DNA from: Octopus vulgaris | Taxonomy: Eukaryota | NCBI GenBank assembly: GCA_951406725.2 | Contig: OX597832.1 | Location: forward strand, 43,586,001-43,650,000 | Direction of reading: 5' to 3' | DNA: 64,000 nucleotides | Made by a program: the position numbers and the translations under genes | Part shown: piece by piece, positions 12,597 to 25,147 of the stretch | Numbering within the stretch: the stretch's first letter is position 1 | Layout of the letters: the number at the start of each line of letters is the position of its first letter | The notes under the pieces: model-generated | What the model was told of the DNA's origin: nothing | Seen by the model: the letters and a program-made list of their open reading frames with translations, nothing else | Databases searched by the model: none

Positions 12597-13210
12597 GTCG
12601 ACCTGAGCAGGATTTGAACTCAAAATGTAAAAGCAAGAATAGCTATGTCAAGGTATTTTTTTCTAAAGCTCTAATGGTTCTACCGATTCACCATCCTTTC
12701 TTATAATAACTGATTCAAATTTTGGCACAAGGCCAGCAATTTTAGAGAGAGGACATTATTGGATTACACTGTATTTATTTTCAGATGCTCTGTGTTTCTT
12801 TCACTTACTTTAAATATAACAAAGAATTTAGTAAAATAACTTAGTTATAATTAAGCTAGTGTTAGGAACATAAATTGTGACTAAGGTTTGGTGGAAGATT
12901 TTAATTCAAAACTTATGAAAACAAGACATTTGTACTCAGATCCAGATCCGGTTTCAGCCAGGTTGGTAATGAAAAGGTTAAGTACTTGACTTGTACTTAC
13001 CCTATTGACTCCAAAACAATGGAAAACAAATGTGATATTGTGAGGTTTGAACTTAGAATATAAAGAACCAGAAAAACAACCAGTAAGTACTAATGATTTT
13101 GCCAGCGTGCCATCGTATCCTTAGCTATAGTAATGTTAACACTTTTAAATACAATGTCACCTATATTATAGATGTTTTTGATAGTTTCTGATTTTCATTT
13201 CTGTAAACAG

Positions 13211-13384
13211 GTCAATGTGCCAGGTGTAAAAGGTCAGATGTAGCATTGAAAAAATGTGCTGCTTGCAACAAAATAGAATATTGTTCCAAAATTTGTCAAA
13301 CAGCTGACTGGAAACATCACAAGAATTCCTGCAAAACTGCAAAGCCTAAAGATGATAAAAGTGCCGTTAAAAAATCAGTCAAAG
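13211..13384 (+). CDS. Gene A: MYND-finger exon (174 bp, phase 1-1)
   Basis: AACAG acceptor. QCARCKRSDVALKKCAACNKIEYCSKICQTADWKHHKNSCKTAK... Donor GTGAGT. Not in the ORF track. Confidence 0.88.
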
Positions 13385-14734
13385 GTGAGTGACAGATTCA
13401 ATAATAACAATAACACTATGTAAGAAATTTTTTTTTCTTTTGAGGGGTGGGGCAGTTATAAAGTGTTATTTCCTATATGCTCCTTTGTAGAAATCAAAGG
13501 AAATGACTACCATTCCCTTCACTCTTTGCTTTTGTGACCTGCACATCAAGGTTTTGAAACTGACCTATTTTCCATTACATTTCAAACAGATTCAGTGCTG
13601 AGTTGCTGAAGCAGAAATATCATTATAGCAAATATTCTGCTCAATACCACAGATTTGTTTGTCAGTTGCTTAACCTTAACCTATTTCTTTACTACCCACA
13701 TGGGGCTAAACACAGAGAGGACAAACAAAGACAGACAAACGGATTAAGTCGATTATATCGACCCCAGTGCGTAACTGGTACTTATTTAATCGACCCCAAA
13801 AGGATGAAAGGTAAAGTCGACCTCGGTGGAATTTGAACTCACAACGTAACGGCAGACGAAATACCGCTAAGTATTTCGCCCAGCGTGCTAACGTTTCTGC
13901 CAGCTCGCCGCCTCGCTTAACCTTAACCGTTTGAGCACATCCCTTAGTGGATGACAATGTGTGCATCTCTGATGGTGAGGAATAGTGAGAGAGCTTTGTA
14001 GCCATGTGTTGAGAGGGATTCTTTAGGGCTTGAGTAAATGTAAGAAAAGTAAAGTTTCAAGGAAATATTAGCTATTTTTCATACTTTCTAGGGGTCAGCA
14101 AATAGGGAATAACAGTTGCTACCCAAAGACAAAAATCGTGTTACACTGTAAGGAACAGTCTGTGGATAAATTGTCACAGTGTGTTCTAGTAAAAGGTATA
14201 TAATTATTATAACTAGGGCTTAGGGCGCCGAGCTGGCAGAGACGTTAGCACGCCGGGTGAAATGCTTAGCAGTATTTCATCTGCCGCTACGTTCTGGGTT
14301 CAAATTCCGCCGAGGTCGACTTCGACTTTCATTCTTTCGGGGTCGATTAAATAAGTACCAGTCATGCACTGGGGTCGATATAATCAACTTAATCCGTTTG
14401 TCTGTCCTTGTTTGTCCCCTCTGTGTTTAGCCCCTTGTGGGTAGTAAAGAAATTGGTATATAATTATTATAACTATAAAGGTGGAGACTTGACAGAGGTG
14501 GTAGAGTATTGGATACAATGTGTCAGGGTATACTCTTTTACTTGTTTCAGTCATTTGACTGCGGCCATGTTGGAGCACCGCCTTTAGTTGAGGAATTCGA
14601 CCCCCCCCCCCCCAGGACTTATTCTTTGTAAGCTTAGTACTTATTCTATTGGTCTCTTTTGCCGAACCACTAAATTACAGGGATGTAAACACACCAGCAT
14701 CGGTTGTCAAGTGATGTTGGGGGGGACAAACACA

Positions 14735-14775
<41 letters not shown>

Positions 14776-15905
14776 TTACATGACGGGCTTCTTTCAGTTT
14801 CCGTCTACCAAATCCACTCACAAGGCTTTGGTCGGCCCGAGGCTATAGTAGAAGACACTTGCCCAAGGTGCCACGCAGTGGTTAAGAAGTTTGCTTCAGA
14901 ACCGTGAGGTTTCAGGTTCAGTCTCACATTGGGGGAATATCTTCTTCTATATCTCTGGGCTGGCCAATGCCTTGTGAGTGAATTTGGTAGACAGAAACTG
15001 TAGGAAGCCTATGTGTATAGTTTGTATGCATGAGTGTTGACATCCTATGGTTTCACTCGAATGAAACAGTGAATTGTATTTAATATCCCTTGATAGGCGC
15101 AGGAGTGGCTGTGTGGTAAGTAGCTTGCTAACCAACCACATGGTTCTGGGTTCAGTCCCACTGCGTGGCATCTTGGGCAAGTGTCTTCTGCTATAGCCCC
15201 AGGCCGACCAATGCCTTGTGAGTGGATTTGGTAGGCGGAAACTGAAAGAAGCCCGTCGTATATATGTATATATATGTGTGTGTGTGTTTGTCCCCTTAGC
15301 TTTGCTTGACAACCGATGCTAGTTTGTTTACGTCCCCATCACTTAGCGGTTCGGCAAAAGAGACCGATAGAATAAGTACTGGGCTTACAAAGAATAAGTC
15401 CCGGGGTCGATTTGCTCGACTAAAGGCGGTGCTCCAGCATGGCCGCAGTCAAATGACTGAAACAAGCAAAAAAGAGTAAAAGAGTATCCCTTGTTGATAT
15501 TTTCATTGATCAGTCTGCACCTTTGAAGACCTGTGAAAAAAATCCCTAGTTGAGAAAAAAGTAGGGGTTGGGGACAGGGAGAGCATCTGAACATAAAATC
15601 TAGCTTCAGTATATTTCTGTCCAACCTGTGCCTACCATGGAAAAACAGACATTAAACAAATTAATTCAATCCGATAATTAACATTCAATACATGATTAAA
15701 TAACATCATCTAATTATGGTTTTGTTTTATTTTTTTGGTTTGAAGAAACAACCAAAAATATAAATTACATTTGATTTCCTATATAAGTAGACTGATATTG
15801 TTTTGTCGTTCTTATGAGATCTGTTTAAAAGAAAAATAAACCTTCGTTATATGTTGATGTATATCTTTTATTTACATACATTGGTTGGTTCCTTGATTTA
15901 TGAAG

Positions 15906-16064
15906 CTGAAAAATGTGATAACTGTGGAAAGTTAGATGAACATATAATGAAATGTGTCAAATGCAAAATTGCAAAATATTGCTCAAAATCTTGTCAAATA
16001 TCCGCATGGCCTCTTCACAAGAAATCCTGTAAATCTTCCAATAACTCGAAGGATGTTTTGAAAG
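15906..16064 (+). CDS. Gene A: last MYND-finger exon (159 bp, phase 1-1)
   Basis: AAG acceptor, in the same position as in the B and C paralogous exons. [42 protein letters not shown]... Donor GTAAGT. Confidence 0.85.
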
Positions 16065-16234
16065 GTAAGTTCTATGTTTTGAAATAAGTTTGGAATAAGC
16101 ATATAAAAACAGTGAATACCTTACATTTACTGATTTATCACACAGGAGTAGGGGCCGAAACCGGACGTGGTTCCTCCTGATGATGTCTTGAGCTAACTTG
16201 ATCCTATAAAGGAGCTGTTGTGGCAGCAGACCAC

Positions 16235-17223
16235 GAAACACGGTTGTAATTCCTCAATAGGACAATATATCTATCTTGTTTGTCTGTGCCATCTCTACTA
16301 TGTACTTAACTCTGATTTCAGCTTGAAACGGGCTATGGCTCTCATATTTTTTCTTCTTTGATTTATTCTTATTGTATAATTTCAATTTCTTCGTGCCGGT
16401 GGCATGTAAAAACACCATCCGTTCGTGGCCGTTTGCCAGCTCTGTCTGGCACCTGTGCAGGTGGCACGTAAAAAGCACCCACTACACTCACGGAGTCGTT
16501 GGCGTTAGGAAGGGCATCCAGCCGTAGAAACACTGCCAAATCTGACTGGGCCTGATGAAGCCTTCCGGCTTCACAGACCCCAGTTAAACCGTCCAACCCA
16601 TGCTAGCATGGAAAACGGACGCTAAATGATGATGATGATGATGATGATGATGAAACACGGTTGTGATTCGTCAATAGGACAATATATCTATCTTGTTTGT
16701 CTGTGCCATCTTTACTATGTACTTAACTCTGATTTCAGCTTGAAACAGGCTATGGCTCTCATATTTTTTCTTCTTTGATTTATTCTTATTGTATAATTTC
16801 AATTTCTTCGTGCCGGTGGCACGTAAAAACACCATCCGTTCGTGGCCGTTTGCCAGCTCTGTCTGGCACCTGTGCAGGTGGCACGTAAAAAGCACCCACT
16901 ACACTCACGGAGTCGTTGGCGTTAGGAAGGGCATCCAGCCGTAGAAACACTGCCAAATCTGACTGGGCCTGATGAAGCCTTCCGGCTTCACAGACCCCAG
17001 TTAAACCGTCCAACCCATGCTAGCATGGAAAACGGACGCTAAATGATGATGATGATGATGATGATGATGAAACACGGTTGTGATTCGTCAATAGGACAAT
17101 ATATCTATCTTGTTTGTCTGTGCCATCTTTACTATGTACTTAACTCTGATTTCAGCTTGAAACGGGCTATGGCTCTCATATTTTTTCTTCTTTGATTTAT
17201 TCTTATTGTATAATTTCAATTTC
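16235..17223. repeat. 417-bp tandem duplication (X-SINE-X-SINE-X)
   Basis: GAAACACGGTTGT...ATTTCAATTTCT block at ~16235, ~16652 and ~17069, separated by two near-identical (GAT)n-tailed SINE copies. Confidence 0.9.
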
Positions 17224-17239
17224 TAAATTTTTCTTTTAG

Positions 17240-17415
17240 ATCATCTCATCAAAACCATACGGTACGCACAATGGCTGTTTCCTTCATTCAAAATAATTCC
17301 TATATTCGTTGATTTTATAAAGGAAGTTGAAGCTAATCAGAAAGGAAATGTTCTTCTTGTTGCTTTCATAGTAAAAGAAGAAATTGTTTTTTATAAACCA
17401 AATTATATAATTTCA
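17240..17415 (+). CDS. Gene A: C-terminal domain exon 1 (phase 1-0)
   Basis: TTTTAG acceptor. DHLIKTIRYAQWLFPSFKIIPIFVDFIKEVEANQKGNVLLVAFIVKEEIVFYKPNYIIS. Donor GTGAGT. Aligns with 51831-52009 (N.LLV..I.KE...F.P). Confidence 0.8.
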
Positions 17416-17537
17416 GTGAGTATATTTGTAGTCTTTTATTCAATTTACCTTAACGAGTGATGTACCTAGTACTAACTAATGTATTTATATGCATATTTTT
17501 ATTTAAATAATAATAAACTTTTTTTCATTTTTTTTAG

Positions 17538-17714
17538 GATATTGATGGTTATGCGAAAATTTTGTTATTTAATTTCAATGACCAGGATCCATCTCCATAT
17601 TTTTCCTGGGAACAACTGAAACCAGAAATGTGTATTTGTATCTTGAACCCTAAAATTTGTCCAGAATATAAAGTTATTTCAATTGATTCTGCTGAGCAAA
17701 TTCGAATTATGTAA
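17538..17714 (+). CDS. Gene A: terminal exon, C-terminal domain part 2
   Basis: TTTTAG acceptor. DIDGYAKILLFNFNDQDPSPYFSWEQLKPEMCICILNPKICPEYKVISIDSAEQIRIM*. Clear paralogues at 24636-24803 and 48917-49102. Confidence 0.85.
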   Translation, partial: DIDGYAKILLFNFNDQDPSPYFSWEQLKPEMCICILNPKICPEYKVISIDSAEQIRIM

Positions 17715-17828
17715 AATATAAGAAATTAAAATTTTTATCAAGCTTTTTTTTTTTACTTACCAATGAAAAATATCTATGAAAACATCTAAAAAGAAAAAAA
17801 TTGTTTATCTCTCTGTCTCTTTCACTTA

Positions 17829-17881
<53 letters not shown>

Positions 17882-18030
17882 GCACTCACTCAGTCATTCA
17901 CTGATAAGTGTGGTTTACAAGGTGTTGTAAAATAGGATTACAACTGCAGGAAATCTTTTTAATGATATAAAGAACTTTCAAAGAAACAATGCACCTTTTT
18001 TTTTACCTCTTCTAACTGATAGCAGAAATA

Positions 18031-18771
18031 CAGGGTGTCCCAAAAAAATGTATACACACCTTAAATAATTGTAAATTTGGGGTTTGTTATAATTCAAATA
18101 ATTTTCAACATGTAAAAGAATTTACAAATATCTGATGTCCATTCTGCTCCAGACACTGCTGACAACACGAAGCCATGGAATGGCACACATCATGGAACAA
18201 TTCCCTTGGGATATTCGTACATTCATGTTCAATGGTTGCCCTCAATTGAACGACTGTTGCAGGTTTCTGTGCGTAGACTTTGTCCTTTAGGTATCCCCAT
18301 AAAAAGAAGTCTAGTGGTGTGGGGTCTGGTGAACGTGGAGGGTATTCGACAAAACCTCTCCGTCCAATCCACCTGTTTGGCAAGATCCCATCAAGAAAGG
18401 ATCTAACATCGCGATGGTAGTGTGGAGGTGCCCCATCTTGCTGGAAATAAAACTCTTCCTGTTCAAAGTCCTCTCTAATGCTTGGCATGACAGACTGTTG
18501 CAGCATGTTTGTTTGTTTTTGTTTTTGTTTTTCCAGTTTCAGCTCTTGAGCTGTGGCCATGCTGGGGCACCGCCATTGTGGTGAAAGAGTACAGCAGGAA
18601 TCACCACCCCCTGCCGGAGCCTCGTAGAGCTTTTAGGTGTTTTCGCTCAATAAACACACACAACGCCCAGTCTGAGAATCGAAACCGCGATCCTGCGACT
18701 GCGAGTCCGCTGCCCTAACCACTAGGCCATTGCGCCTCTACAATGTGTATACATTTTTTGGGGACACCCTG
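18031..18771 (-). mobile_element. Internally deleted Tc1/mariner element with TIRs and TA TSD, carrying a nested SINE
   Basis: TA|CAGGGTGTCCCAAAAAAATGTATACACA ... TGTGTATACATTTTTTGGGGACACCCTG|TA. Transposase fragment FQQDGAPPH...PPRSPDPTPLDFFLWGYLK. Confidence 0.9.
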
Positions 18772-20237
18772 TATTTGATGTCTTGCATTTAAAATATTTT
18801 TGCTGCAAATGCAATGACTATTTAAATTTGTGAAGAATTGGATGCAGTGAATGCAATAAATATTTAAATATGCAAGAATTTGGAGTTTAAAAAATTCAAT
18901 AAACTTGAGAAATTGAAATTATAGGAAATTTCTTGGAACATCTATAAAAATATTTCCAGACGGTCAATCCTTTAATAATTGCTTTCTTTTAGTACTTTTA
19001 GTAATTGTAACATAATTTATAAGCAGCTTTCTCCATTATAGCATAGATATATGCATATGTGTGTCTCTGGCTCCCATGCTGGTGGCAAAAATTCATAATT
19101 TCTCAAATTTTCTTTTTTATAGCATATAAATGTATTTATAGGGAAAAAATATTGGGAAACATCAATACATGCAAGAATGATAAAGAATGAGGAAGTTTTT
19201 GTATAAATTTTAATTAAAAGATAACCATTTTCATGAAAGTTATGAGGAGGAAAAATCAGATTGTGTGAATTTTCCGAAATCCCTCTCTCCAACCCCTCAT
19301 AAATCCCTATATACTCTGAAGCCACAACATCTAAACAGTATTTGTAGAAAATTTTGTTAAAAAAGTATAAATTTTTCTGGATGTTATGAGGCAACAAAGT
19401 CGGGGGCATATACATCTGTAGTAATGTCCTTTTATTTCTATGATTATTTTTTTCATGCTTATTTCATTCACTGTCTGCAATATTCTCTCTCTCACACACA
19501 CTGCAAAGCTTACAGATGGGCTGCTGAATTGAAATCTCTATGTTGCTTTGAGGGGAAGGTAAAACTTGACAAACTGCTGCTCCCTCTGTTGTTGGACTAC
19601 CATGATGTTTGTTTAAAAGTGAGAGATTATGACTGTGATAAAATAATAAAAGCAATATTTACTAAGCAAGTGAGCACTATTATACAAAGAAATAATTAGA
19701 TGTAAAATATAAAAAAATTATTAGAACTGGGAATCAAATGTGAATAATTGTGACATATTATATTTACAGATAAATTCCTCTATTTACATAATATCGAGGT
19801 CTCTTTCATTCTTTTGTTGTCTTACCATTTCTATCAATATATAATTATGTATATATTTATATATTGTGTATATACAGTGACAGTCTGACCTGGTTGTCAG
19901 CATGCCCAATAGCAAGTGGGCTCCCTTAGACATTTAGAGTCCATGGAAATACTTTGCCTTCAAAGAAAATATCTGAAGTGTTAGAGAAAGAATAAACATT
20001 TAAAAAAAACAAAACAAATAAAACAATTAGGTAAAGCAGTTGGTCAAACAATTCCCCAGGGAATTAATATAAAGACAGAGAAAAGGAAAAACATTCTTGG
20101 AAACAATTGTAACTGATGTATCTGAGAGTTTTTGTGTGTAAGTATGAATATATACAAAGATACATAATGAATGGATTGAGAGAAAGAAGCAGTTAGCATG
20201 ACTGAGCAACGACCTTGGATTGACCACTTGCGATTAA

Positions 20238-20458
20238 CCCTTTCGTTACTGCATCTATTTTGAGATGCTCTGTTTTTTTTTTTGGTTTTTTTTTCAATTA
20301 CTTTAAATATAACAGGATTTAGTAAAATAACTTCATTATCATTCAGCTAGTGTTAGGAGCATTAATTTTGACTAAGGTTTGGTGGAAGATTTTTATTCAA
20401 AACTTATGAAGGCAAGACATTTGTATTCAGAGCCAGAGCCGGGTTGGTAACGAAAGGG
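20238..20458. mobile_element. MITE with TTAA target site (piggyBac-like)
   Basis: TTAA|CCCTTTCGTTAC ... GTAACGAAAGGG|TTAA. A partial copy is at ~12770-12980. Confidence 0.75.
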
Positions 20459-21195
20459 TTAAAGGTGTACACACACAAGCATGCTGTTGTTGTTTGTTCC
20501 TTCTCGAGCCATGCCTAGCTCATAAGGGCCAGTTTCCTTGGCATATAGGTTCCCCACCTGGACGGGACGCCGGTCCGTCGCAGGTGAGCTGCAAGATGCA
20601 GGAGGAAAGAGTCAGCAGAAGTTCACCATTACCTTCTGCCGGAGCCGCGTGGAGCTTAGGTGTTTCGCTCATAAACACATACATTGTGCGGTCGGAGATT
20701 CGAACCCGCGATCCCGAGTCCGCTGCTCTAACCACTAGGCCACACAAGCATGCATGTATTGCCACTTGTAAACTTCGTTATTTCAGTGAGGCATCAAAAA
20801 CTTTGGTCTTTGTTTATGAAGGAGCAAGTAAGAAATTTGTTCCAAAATGTAAATTTTGAATTTAGTTTTAATTAAAAAATTAGATCTCTCAACAGCTAAA
20901 CTTTTTTTTTTTTCCAGTTTCAGAGTTATTTCATATTTGTTCAAATGTTTTTTTGTTAAATAAAAACCTTGTTCTTTCTTTTTTCCATATTTTTTTCATT
21001 TTGTATTATGTTTTTCTGAATTTTTCGGCATTTTGTACTATTCCAATTTGTAAAATACTTATATTAAAATGATCATGCTGCAAATTTCTTGTTATTTTCT
21101 CCTTATCTGTTTGAAACCATTACAGTGCAATTATTGCATCATTTGGGGAGTAAAAATTGGTCAGCATAGTTGCTGCTGATGTTAAAAGAGTTTGC

Positions 21196-21594
21196 GATCT
21201 TTTCGGTTTGAACGACAGTTTTTAACATAATTTCTAGGTAACTAAAAAATTTTAAACTTCGTATACTTATAGAATGTGTTTATAAAACATCTTTTTCTCT
21301 TGGCTTTATTGAGAAAATTCTATAGTTTGTAAGATATTTGTTGTTTTTTTCTGCAATTTCAACCAATCACTGACGTCTATTGAGGTAAAAAATACATTCT
21401 GCGCCGTATGAATATGTCCCTCGTTTAAGAAACAGATTGGGTTTATTTACATTTATGAAGAAAAAAAGATATCCTTCCCCCCACCCCTAACCCTAAAACA
21501 GATTGAAATGCAATAGATTGATACTAGGGTCATAATTATGGGTGAAAATTTCATGACACCGCTAGAAAAAACTGCCGTTCAAACCGAAAAGATC
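21196..21594. mobile_element. MITE with ~28-bp TIRs containing CCCTAA repeats
   Basis: GATCTTTTCGGTTTGAACGACAGTTTTT ... AAAAACTGCCGTTCAAACCGAAAAGATC. Inverted partial copy at ~56893-57200. Confidence 0.75.
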
Positions 21595-22529
21595 CAGAGT
21601 TTGAAACATAGTCAGGTGACAGGTACTTTTTTTTCATGAAATTTTTCCTTAACTTTGATCCGATTGTAATTGAGGTTGCTAATAAAATGAATACCTGGAT
21701 AATTTTTGGTGTTTAACAATCGATATTCTTTTCTCTGTTGGATTGGGGCAAAATGAGTAATGACCAATTTTAATAATTTCTTTGTTTTAAATGTTAAGAT
21801 TTTTGGTTTATTTGAATTTCATATGTACCGTTTTTCCATGATCCTCTTTCATGTAACCTGGATATTTTTAATTTGTGTTGCACTTCTGATGTCTATGGAT
21901 ATTGAATTTTTTGTCATGTGTAATTCTGGAGAACTGAAGAGGCAAAGTTACCTTATCTTGTCTTACTCATTTTGCCCCAACTAAATTTGCCTTTAATATG
22001 CTCTGATTTGTTTTGCTGGTGTAGTTTTTGTAAGGTGGTGAGCATTTGTAAAAAAAAAATTTTTTTCTCAAAGTCAAAAATGCAGTAAATATTACTCATT
22101 GCACTCCACAACCCCCTACTAGAAATTAGAAAAGCAGACTTTTGAAATTGCTGTTCCATATAAGTTGGAATTTCCCCACCCTTTTTTATTTTATTTTAGC
22201 ACACATTGCAAAACAAGATTCAGACAATGCAACACAGACTTTAAAAAATACTTTCACTATAATAGCAGGTTGTTATGTTGACAGAACTTATTAGTTACTA
22301 TGGTGAAAACACTCTCTGTCTGTCTATCTTTCACATGCTCTCTTGTAAAGAACAAATAAATTATGTACATTTATAAAGATGTAGAAAGTCTATCTCAGCA
22401 AAACTGAGCTCTAGAAGCACTGTGTATTCCACCCACATGTAGCATTAATTCACACACCCTACCTCATGAGAAAATAAGTAATGCATGCAGGACTGCCACA
22501 GCCATAATAATCAAGGTCCCTACTCCTAA

Positions 22530-22928
22530 TGACCTCAAATTAAGTCCTATAATAGCAGGTCTCACCTGTAAAACCCACTGCCTCAGTAACTTTTTAGATG
22601 CCTTCTTAAAACCATTCCTCAAGCATATCAAAAGCTATATAAGGGACGACCTAGATATGCTCAATCATCTCCCTAAAACAAAACAAAAACACCCTGCTAG
22701 TATCCTTCGATGTAGTCAACCTCTATTTTAATATCCTCCACAGCCTAGGAATAGAGGCAATTCAATTCTGGCTAGAGAATTACTCTAGTGAATTCACACA
22801 TCGCATCAAAAAGAATTTGTAATAGAAGGCTAAAATTCATCTTGGAGAATGACTACATTTTCTTCAAAGACAACTTCTATCAACAAAAATTGGGGAGTGC
22901 GATGGGTATGAGAATGGCCCCATCTTAT
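22530..22928 (+). mobile_element. Penelope-like element RT fragment (degenerate)
   Basis: LSPIIAG...LSNFLDAFLKPFLKHIKSYIRD...LLVSFDVVNLYFNI.H...FYQQKLGSAMGMRMAPSY match PLE RT motifs; frameshifted. Confidence 0.75.
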
Positions 22929-23737
22929 TATCAGGTTGTTGTCGAGAAGATAATGAAGCAATAACCGAATCAGCCGAAGTGGGTCTGTGAGAAAATTCCA
23001 TTATTCTATCTGCAGATGATGCGATTTGATCTATAGTGTTGGTGTCAACCATATTCGCCAATATCGTCTGTACATTGGTTGGTAAGAGGGAAAAAAATAA
23101 TTGTTTTTACGAAGAAGCTGTCCGCAGGTGTATCTGATCTGCCTAAGAAATTTTGAAGGAGTTCTATCTCCCAGGTTCTCATCCTGTAACAAAGCACGGA
23201 AACGGCTTTCTGCTGATTTAGAATTTCTGCGTAGTATTTCTGTTCTCAAAGAATCATAGGTCATGCCTTGTGGAAGATCTAAGATGATATCTTTAATGGT
23301 ATCTGCTAAAATGGCAGGAATGCCACTAATAAGCACTGTGGCTTTTGTTGAGACGGCTTGTATACCATGTGCTGTGAAGTAAGAATCAAGCTGTGCAAAC
23401 CATAGCTTAGCATCGCCAGAATAAGCTGGTATGGAAGTGTTACTCGTGATTATGCCAAAGAACAGGCGTGATAAGTGACTTTCTTATTTGACGCGTAAGA
23501 CACGAAATTGTTTCAAAACTAGAATATCTGAGGTGTTGGTAGAGTAATGTAGAAATTACATTGAAGAGTGTAGTGTGGTGCCGATTTACCATGTGTTGTG
23601 GGTTGCATATTCAAAAAGTTGGGTTTACAATTTTGTGGCGGTTATCGTGTTCTTAACGTCGGGGTTACCATTTTATAATGATGTTGATTAAGTGTCATCC
23701 TATAATTTAATAAGCATGAGAGAAAGAGGGGTCACCA
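22929..23737 (-). mobile_element. Ty3/Gypsy LTR retrotransposon gag remnant
   Basis: WFAQLDSYF..HGI...YDSLRTEILRR...LLQDENLGDRTPSKFLRQIR is typical of Gypsy gag. PBS-like TGGT(G/A)ACCCC at 23728-23737 and 23661-23670. Confidence 0.72.
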
Positions 23738-24356
23738 TCTTGTACGTAACGACAAGAAATTAAGAATTTACGAGACGTTTGTAGTAAGTTGTAACAGGAC
23801 GAGAGGTCCCCCTCACTGGATGGGTTCAGCTCGCATCCTTTACATTAAAAATATTAATCAAAGGAAAGAGTCAAGATTTCTGATTAACTTCAACAGTATA
23901 AATATTTATTTCTTGATTCGCAAAATATACGTTCTTCTTTCTGGGCTGTGAAACATGGACAGTGTACCAATGTCATGCATAGAAACTGAACCGCTTTCAT
24001 ACCCCCACCCCTTTCCCAGAAAGCTTCTTGGCATAAAGGGGCAAGACAAAACCCCAGATACTGAGATACTCATTCTAGTCTGCCTATCATCTACACCATC
24101 CTGATGTCCCAGCTTTCCAGGTCATATAGTTTGCAAGCCAGACCATCAGCTCCCAAAATAACTATTATATGGTGAACTCCAACAAGGCAAACACTTTGGA
24201 AGCACTTCGTCAGTTACGACGACGAGGGTTCCGGTTGATCCGAATCAACGGAACAGCCTGCTCGTGAAATTAACGTGTAAGTGGCTGAGCACTCCACAGA
24301 TAGATAGGTAGGTAGGTAGGTAGGTTGGTAGGTAGGTAGGTAGGTAGGTAGGTAGG

Positions 24357-24390
<34 letters not shown>

Positions 24391-24533
24391 TATAGATAGG
24401 AAGATAGATAGATAGGTAGGTAGATAGGTAGGTAGGTAGGTAGATAGATAGGTAGGTAGATAGATAGGTAGGTAGATAGATAGGTAGGTAGGTAGATAGA
24501 TAGGTAGGTAGATAGATAGATAGGTAGGTAGGT

Positions 24534-24565
<32 letters not shown>

Positions 24566-24635
24566 GTGGGGGAGAAAGAGGAGTAAAATGAATGCTTGAT
24601 AAAATAATTTATTTTAACCTCTATTTTACAAAAAC

Positions 24636-24803
24636 TCAAAATTTTTCAGCAGAATCAATTGCATAAAATTTATATTCTGGGGAAATTATGGGCTTCAGAA
24701 TACAAATATAATTCCCATATTTCAGCTGGTCCCAGGAAAAATATGGACGAGGATCAAGTTCTTTGAGATAAAATATCACACATTTCGTATAACCATTACT
24801 ATC
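24636..24803 (-). CDS. Gene B: terminal exon, C-terminal domain part 2
   Basis: DSNGYTKCVIFYLKELDPRPYFSWDQLKYGNYICILKPIISPEYKFYAIDSAEKF*. Paralogous to the terminal exons of A and C. The stop falls where A has CGA (Arg). Confidence 0.78.
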   Translation of the reverse strand, partial: DSNGYTKCVIFYLKELDPRPYFSWDQLKYGNYICILKPIISPEYKFYAIDSAEKF

Positions 24804-25090
24804 CTTAAATAAATAAAAAAAAAAAAAAGGTTTATTATCATTTAAATGAAAATATGCATGTATATACATTATTTAGTATCTAGCTTCCAACGACAGTTGT
24901 ATTCTATCCAATTCTGTCAAACACAGGAGCAGGAGTGGCTGTGTGGTAAGTAGCCTGCTTACTAACCACATGGTTCCGGGTTCAGTCCCACTGCGTGGCA
25001 TCTTGGGCAAGTGTCTTCTGCTATAGCCCCGGGCCGACCAAAGCCTTGTGAGTGGATTTGGTAGACGGAAACTGAAAGAAGCCTGTCGTA

Positions 25091-25147
<57 letters not shown>

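Noticed and set aside
15851-15905. MLMYIFYLHTLVGSLIY as the N-terminus of small stand-alone MYND proteins (also in the B copies)
   Set aside because: This is the pyrimidine-rich intron end before an AAG acceptor conserved in C. The ORFs also run past GTAAGT donors.
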